Assembly (NCBI GenBank): GCA_035221665.1
Contig: CM069147.1
Location: forward strand, 25,668,001-25,732,000
Direction: 5' to 3'
Length of the DNA stretch: 64,000 bases
DNA from: Okamejei kenojei
Taxonomy: Eukaryota
Positions 60,720 to 64,000 of this stretch are shown in pieces. The translations under genes were made by a program, and so were the position numbers. Each line of letters starts with the position of its first letter. Position 1 is the first letter of the stretch. A model generated the notes under the pieces. That model saw only the letters and a list, made by a program, of their open reading frames with translations, was not told the DNA's origin and made no database searches.

Positions 60720-62070
60720 TCCGAGATGATTAGAGGCCGTAGTAGGATGATTCAGTTGCATGATAGCAGCTGGGAAGAAACTAGCCGTGTGTTTTGTGCG
60801 GTTTTTCACACAAGTTGCCCCACGGGAAAGGGGAGAGGGTAGACGAGGGAGTGGCCAGGGTGCGACTCGCCCTTGATTATGCTGCTGGCCTTGCCAAGGC
60901 AGCGTTAAGTATAAATGGAATTTATAGAATGGTTGGATTGTGTGATGGCCTGGGCTGCATCCACAATTCACTGCAATTTCTTATGGTCCAGCATGAGCGG
61001 TTCCCAATCCAAGCTGTGATGCATCCTGAGATAAAAATGCTTTCTATGGTTGCCATCTGTAAAAGTGGTGAGAGATGTAGGGACATGCCAAACTTCCTCA
61101 TAAGCCTTTAAAAGGAAGCAGCAGCGTTGGTGTACATTCTTGGTCGTTGCTTCAATATGGGGGGCCCAGTAGAAGTTGTTGGTGACTCCGCGAAATTCAA
61201 AGTTTTCGACCTTCTCTACTTCAGCACCATCAATGCAAACTGGGGTATGTGTACCACTTTGCTTCCTGAGGTCGATCACTATCGTGCTGACTTTGAGAGA
61301 AAGCTTTTTGTCTCGACAACAAGAACACGAAGTTCAATCAATCTCCCTTCTTCTCGCACTCTGTCTCATCATATTTGAGATCCGGCTCTCAATGGTGGTG
61401 TCATTTGGGAATTTGAAACTTGAATTAGGTTTGTACATGGCTGCCCAGTCGTGGCTGTACAAGGAGTAAAGAAGGGAGCAGCGAACGCATCCTCGCGGAG
61501 CACCAGTGTTGAGGGTTATCGCGAAGGATGATTTGTCCCCTATCCTCACATATTGGGGACTGTTGGTCAGGAAGTCGAGGATCCAGTTGCAGAGATGAGT
61601 GCTGACCCCAAGTCCTGCGAGTTTGGTGATGAACTGGGATGGTATTAAAGGCAGAGCTGTAATCTATGAATCTGAATCTAGGAATCTGATGTAGGTGTCT
61701 CTCCTCTCTTCTCGGAATGTGTGTAGGGTTAGGGTGATGGCATCATCCATGGAGCTGTTGTGGCAGCAGGCGAACTGCAGTGGGTCAAAGTCACGGGGTA
61801 GACTGGATTTAATGCGTTCCATATCTAGCCTCTCAAAACATTTCATGATGGCGGACGTGAAGGCCACTGGATGGTTTTCGTTTCGGCATAAGGTCTTGCT
61901 TTTCTTTGGCAATGGGATGAAGGTGGTCTTTTTGGACGTAAGGTGAGTACTTCAGAACGGAGTAAGTTGGTTACTACGCTAGATGGTCCGCGCAGCTACT
62001 AAGGACACTGACCAGGAACTCCATCGGTCCAGTTGATTTTTGTGAGTTTACCCACCAGGAAGGGCCAATT
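60720..62070 (-). mobile_element. Decayed Rex1/Babar LINE
   Basis: PVAFTSAIMKCFERL, LNTGAPRGCV..LLYSLYSHD, KFPNDTT and EKVENFEF motifs. Confidence 0.82.
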
Positions 62071-62489
62071 TAACCTCTGCTACAGTCACCCGTGGGAGAG
62101 GCATATTGGGGTGTGATGGGCCAGGTGTCACCATTATTCCTGTACAGTTTTTCGTCGTCCACATTTTTTGTTTTTAAAATTAGAACATTAGTTTTAATTT
62201 CCCTGCTTTTTTTAGTAAAAAACTTCTTCATTTTTTTAAAATCAAGCTGCTGCATGAGACAGCGCCATCTCACAGATGTCCAATCACAATGGATCTAATT
62301 ACCTATGATATGACATCACAATGGGACAGGGCTCGGAGATTGGAACCTTTAGGTGGGCCCGCTAAAATCAAACAGCTGCACGAGTCACAGAGCCATCTCA
62401 CAGATGTCCCTAACGCACAATGGGACAGGTGTGGGAGATTGGAACCTTCACGTGGCTGCGTGTACAATCAAATTAGAGAGCAGGTTGTC

Positions 62490-64000
62490 CTATACCCCCT
62501 CCCTATCTAACCCCTTTCCTCTCCCACCCACTCCCCTCTCCACCCCCAATCTCCGCTACCCCTCCCCCTCCACCACCCTTCGCCTATCCTACCCTCCCCT
62601 CCTCCACCCCTCTCCCTCTCCTCCATCCCCATCTCTTCCCTCCCTCCACTTCTCCCCGTCCACTTCCTCCATTCTCATCTCCCCCTTCCCACTCCCCCAC
62701 TTCTCTCTCCCTCCTCTCTCCTCCCTCCCCCTCACATCCCCTCCTCTCTCCCCGCTCCCTCCCCCGTCTCCCCTCTCCCCCCTCTACTCTCTCTCTCTCT
62801 CCCTACTCTCTCTCTCCCCCTCTACCTTCCATCTACCCTCTGCTCTCTCTCCTCTCTCCCCCCTCCCTCCCCCCTCCATTCCCCCCTGCCCTATCCCCAC
62901 TCCTCCCCACTTCTCTCCCACTCCCTTCTCTCTCCCCACTTCCCTTTTCCCACCGTCTCGCTCCTCACCCTTCTCTTCGCCCCATCCTCCCTCTCTCCCT
63001 CCATTTTCCCCGAACTCTCTCTCCCCCTTCTCTCGTCCCCTCTCCTCTCTCCCCTATTTCTCCACCTCCCTATTCCCACCTTCTCTCTTTCTCCTCTCTT
63101 CCCTGTCTCTCTCTCGGCCCCACTCCAGCTCCCTCTCCTCTACCTCCTTTTTTCCCCCCAGTACTCCTCTTCTCTCCCCCTATCCCTCTCGTACCCGTCC
63201 CCCATCTTTTCTGTCCCTCTCACCTCCTACCTACCCTTCCTTCTCTGGCCCCTCAATCTCACGATCCTCCCTGTCCTCCCCTCTCTCATCTTCACTCTCA
63301 ACCACCCCACCCCCCCACCTCCCTCTCCCCATTCATGCCCCCTCCCTCTACCTCCTCTCCCCAATCCCCTCCCTAAACCCCATTCCACCCTCCCCTTTCC
63401 TTTCCTCCTCACCTCCCTCCACTCCCTCCCCCTTTCCCTCCTCCTCCCCCTCTGCCCTTCACTTATCCCACCTCTCTATCCATCCTCTTCCCCCCTCTTC
63501 TCCCCCGAGTACTCTTCTTCCTTCTTCCCCTAATCCTCCTCTTATCTCCATTACTCTCCCCTCTATCCACTCTAACACCTTTCCTCATCTCAACCCCGCA
63601 ATTTTCTAAATCCTCCTTCTCCCCTCGACATCTTCACCCCATGCATCCTCTCTCCCACACCCATCTCTCCCTCCCCCCCTCTACTCTCCTCCCCTCTCTC
63701 TATCTACAATCTCTTTCTCCTCTCTCATATCCTTCACCCCTGCCATTCATCTCTCCACTCCAATCTCTTCCCTCTCACTCCCCTCACCTCTCTCCCCTCT
63801 CAATCTTCTCTCTACTCCACTCTCTCCCCCCTCCATTCTCTCCCCCTCCAATCTCCCCCCCACCTCTCCCTCTCATCACTCTCCCCCATCAATCTCTCTC
63901 CACCTCTCCCACACCCCCCTTTGTCCCTCCCCCTCTCCACTGTTCCAAAACCCCACTCACTCCACTCCTATCTTCCTCCATCTCTCTCCCCCCCACCCTG
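62490..64000. repeat. C/T-rich low-complexity (polypyrimidine) tract
   Basis: About 1.5 kb almost devoid of G on the + strand. Confidence 0.95.

Noticed and set aside
62353-63609. 418-aa Pro/Ser/Leu-rich ORF
   Set aside because: By-product of a C/T low-complexity tract that cannot form stop codons.
1-64000. CRISPR arrays, rRNA or true tRNA genes
   Set aside because: No repeat-spacer arrays or rRNA seen; tRNA-like heads belong to SINEs.

Overview
Eukaryotic, repeat-rich vertebrate DNA. The repeat complement (CR1 LINEs with (GAAACATA)n tails, tRNA-derived SINEs, Penelope and Rex1 remnants) points to a cartilaginous fish, probably a skate or ray (inference). The ORF track misses most host exons; reading splice sites by hand shows part of a cluster of SIRP-like immunoglobulin-superfamily receptors. 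Gene A (+, 768-8701, 3' half only) has an uncharged TM exon and three cytoplasmic exons with four tyrosine motifs arranged as in SIRP-alpha. Gene B (-, 49151-36741) is leader / germline-joined VJ-type V / C1 / Arg-containing TM / ITIM tail and converges on gene A. An orphan paralogous ITIM/ITSM exon sits between them (-, 19100-18990). Genes A and B each carry one +1 frameshift that may be assembly error. A structurally complete DIRS tyrosine-recombinase retrotransposon (2875-7698) is inserted 6 nt after a gene A splice donor and appears to have a spliced gag. The rest is CR1, L1/Tx1, Rex1, Penelope, RTE, Helitron, Harbinger MITE and SINE insertions, two local duplications and low-complexity DNA. 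All gene models are manual and unverified; repeat boundaries are approximate unless a TSD or terminus is quoted.
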